Assembly (NCBI GenBank): GCA_905178155.1
Contig: CAJINV010000012.1
Location: 2,763,765 to 2,827,764 of the forward strand
DNA: 64,000 nt
Direction of reading: 5' to 3'
From: Amoebophrya sp. A120
Lineage: Eukaryota; Protista; Dinoflagellata
The position numbers were made by a program, and so were the translations under genes. Positions 61,461 through 64,000 of the stretch are shown here, piece by piece. Below the pieces are notes generated by a model that was given only the letters and a program-made list of their open reading frames with translations, was not told where the DNA came from and made no database searches. How positions within the stretch are numbered: the first letter of the stretch is position 1; each line of letters starts with the position of its first letter.

Positions 61461-62761
61461 TCACGCCGCGCACGCGCCGTCGTCCCAGGTGCATTTGCCG
61501 TCCGTTTTTTTTTCGCATTCATGGTCATCATCCATGAAGTTCGAAGAAATCGCGGCGGCGCAAGCGTGGCACTGTTCCCCACCTTCCTCGTCCTTCACCA
61601 CCCACTCATTTAGCCCATTGAGTGTGTACCAATGGCCAAAGAAACAGTTCAGACTCTCTGCGTAAGCGGCGCACCTGTCCTCGTCCGCCGGAATCTCGTC
61701 GCAAGACGTTGGAACAATCTCCCCTCTCCTGAGTAAAAACGTCCCCACTAATGCGAATCTGCATGCTGAAAATGTTTTTTATGAGGAGCCCCATGAGATG
61801 CTTTTTCTAGTCGTGTTCCGTAATTTGTGATGCTCCCATCAGAATAATATTGTAGATCTGTGATGCAGCTGAACTCGCCAAACAGGTCTAGTACACTACG
61901 AGGCCTCACTTGTCATCATGAGCAACAGCCAAACCTTGTTAAATTTGTGTTGCAAAATCCCCATGTTGACTCTGGGGTGGAGACGTTTTTTCTCAGCAAA
62001 TCCCCGCAGCTGCCGCCATCTTTGATCTCGCAGTACAAATCTGCCTCGTGTCCTTTGCACCAGGCTTATGAATTGCAAAAATGTCTGGGTCTGGAAGATT
62101 GCAACTTGTCATGGTAAATCTGAAGCATGCAAAAATCTGTGTTGCATGAGTCCCGAAAGCTGTTCACTTTTGACCAATTTGGGCCGGAGTTTCTGTCACT
62201 TTTGACCAATAGGCATGGCAGAGACCTCGCAGAGTCTGTCGTGCTAAGTCCCGCATTCCATACCTCATGGGTCATGGAAAATCTGCATGACAAGTCTACA
62301 CTCTTCCAGACCCAGACATTTTTACAATTCATAAGGCTTGGTCACTCCCAATTTCCTCGCAAGCCGTCGGCTTCGCCACGCAGGCACTGTCCCCCGGCGT
62401 CTTGACTTCGCAGTTCAGTTCGCCTTCGGATCATGTGTCATGATGCGCGGTTGTACTTCTGTAACGGTCTTTCTGATTGTTCTAACGCCCTTTATAGTAA
62501 GTAAGCCCGACTACACGACATTCTTTTTTATCTTGGAACAAGGAAATAAATTTTGTTTCTTTACGGTTGTAACTACACTCTCTAAATGTAGTTGCGCACC
62601 TGCTGCGTCGCTAGCCACGGAAGAACTCCGATCATAGCGCCGGTACTAGTGAACAGCAGGTTCGTGTTGCGCGCCTGCTTGTTCTTGCTGCGGTTCGTCC
62701 CCGCGGCGTCGGCCTTGGTTCCGGGTTTTGCTTTTGCACCGTCGTCTTTCGTGTTGTTCAT
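61461..62761 (-). CDS. Small cysteine-rich repeat protein; 5' exon(s) uncertain
   Basis: Spliced across 2 introners: LNCEVKTPGDSACVAKPTACEEIGSDQA|WCKGHEADLYCEIKDGGSCG|EIVPTSCDEIPADEDRCAAYAESLNC..KCTWDDGACAA*. Sequence upstream of ~62425 could not be joined in frame. Confidence 0.6.
61725..62000. mobile_element. Introner, family D, both termini decayed (TCT..AAA)
   Basis: TSD TCCCC; frame restored (SCG|EIVP). Confidence 0.85.
62067..62333. mobile_element. Introner, family C
   Basis: TSD AGGCT. Confidence 0.92.
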
Positions 62762-64000
62762 GACAGCGAACATAACTGCTGACTTTCAAAAATAAATGGC
62801 TTGTCAAGAAAAAACAAAAAGTAGTATCTCTGCCTCCCTCACTTGTTGAAAACTTCTGGTTTTTACTGGCAATAAAGTACTACCTAGTGAATAGGGAGTC
62901 TTTCGAAATAATTTTAAGTAGTTGCTTTTGACTTGGAAGCAAGCAGGGTCTTCGTCTTTTTCTTAATTCATCGGAGCAAGATGGGGTTTCATAGAGGTGA
63001 ATGCAAAATAACACGAAGTGTTTCGTCTTCCTGTGGAAACGAGAACGACACGGTCGTGAAGATGAGGAGGTGATGCTAATCAATGGTAGAAGCAGTGCCG
63101 CAAATAAAATACACACGATGCAGCTCTTTAATTCAACAATCGTCGAGGAACGAGACGCAAAAATCAATTTGCAAGGTGGCGCACCGAATTTCATCAAGGA
63201 ATTCGAATAACGCTGCACGAAGGAAGCGGAACGAAGAAATGGATACATAGTTGTAGACGACCACGACTCACAGCAATTGAAACACATGAAGTACTCCAAC
63301 CGAAAGCAAAACTAGGACGAAAAACCGAAACCAGCAACCATGCTTGTCAGTCAACAACATTTTTAACTCAGGAAGCTAAAGCGCAAGTTTTGTTGAGAAG
63401 TGGTACGATCGGAGGGACGACACGAAAACGAGAGCTGACGAAGACTTAAAGAATTATGTCAAAAAACTCCATGTACCGGAGCGGTTTATCACACCGGCGC
63501 TACAACTACTACGGAACTTTGATGTCCTCTGTGTTATTGATTCGTCCATTCTGTTTGACTTATCGTACGGGCGTCTGCGCGAAGCGACTGCAGCACGCCC
63601 AGGAGCGCTGAAACATCGATGCCGTGACGAAATTAAAGAACAGCACGAGCATCAAAAAACGAAGCTACGGCTTCGTTTCAATAACAAGCTGTAGCTCTCG
63701 TTCCTGCTGAAGAGGAAGAGCCCATGCTATAAACTTGCAGGATAGCGGAAAAAGTGTAGCATGAGTGCTTGTGCCTCCTAGTACAATACGCAACATCCTC
63801 CAACATCTCTGGTTGCGCATGCAAAAACTTCGTCGAGTCAGAATCTACTAGATAAAAAGGATGCACGATGATAAATTCAAAAATTTCCAATCTCTGCGTT
63901 AGGGTGGATTGCGAAGGAGTCATATCATTTTTAACCGTATTTACAGCTTCTCGTTTTAATCCCAAACCAAATTGCACTAGATACAAAGCATGACTCTCAT

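Noticed and set aside
7022-62405. Many short ORFs sharing peptides KMSGSG, CKNVWVWK, FQTQTFL, PDPDIF, CKSIVLV
   Set aside because: These are translations of family B and C TIRs in different frames, not a protein family.
1-64000. Dinoflagellate spliced-leader relic, tRNA or rRNA genes
   Set aside because: None recognised by eye; a covariance-model search was not possible.
62880-64000. Short minus-strand ORFs at the right end
   Set aside because: No recognisable motif or joinable exon structure.

Overview
Eukaryotic genomic DNA. All recognisable genes are on the minus strand: PI4-kinase III beta (5' part), epsilon-tubulin, a TPR co-chaperone-like protein, a secreted protein, a membrane cyclophilin, a giant (~7,500 aa, hand estimate) cysteine-repeat surface protein spanning ~37 kb, and a small Cys-rich protein. 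I located by eye 53 short (140-320 bp, two enlarged by nested insertions) terminal-inverted-repeat elements of about 7 sequence families interrupting these genes. Nearly all begin TAT, end ATA and are flanked by a 5-bp direct repeat (TSD). Removing the element plus one repeat copy restores the reading frame at the junctions I translated (one needs a 7-nt shift), although the ends are not GT-AG. They are therefore transposon-like non-canonical introns (introners). This layout matches what is known for the syndinian dinoflagellate parasite Amoebophrya; the organism is my inference. Less obviously known features: the introns occur in both orientations; unrelated families share a dense internal TGT(C/G/A)ATGC motif that also appears in canonical introns; they cluster around 41-80 nt micro-exons; and a 3.94-kb element with the same TAT..ATA ends and 5-bp TSD is nested inside one of them. 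Coordinates were read by hand and may be off by a few bases.
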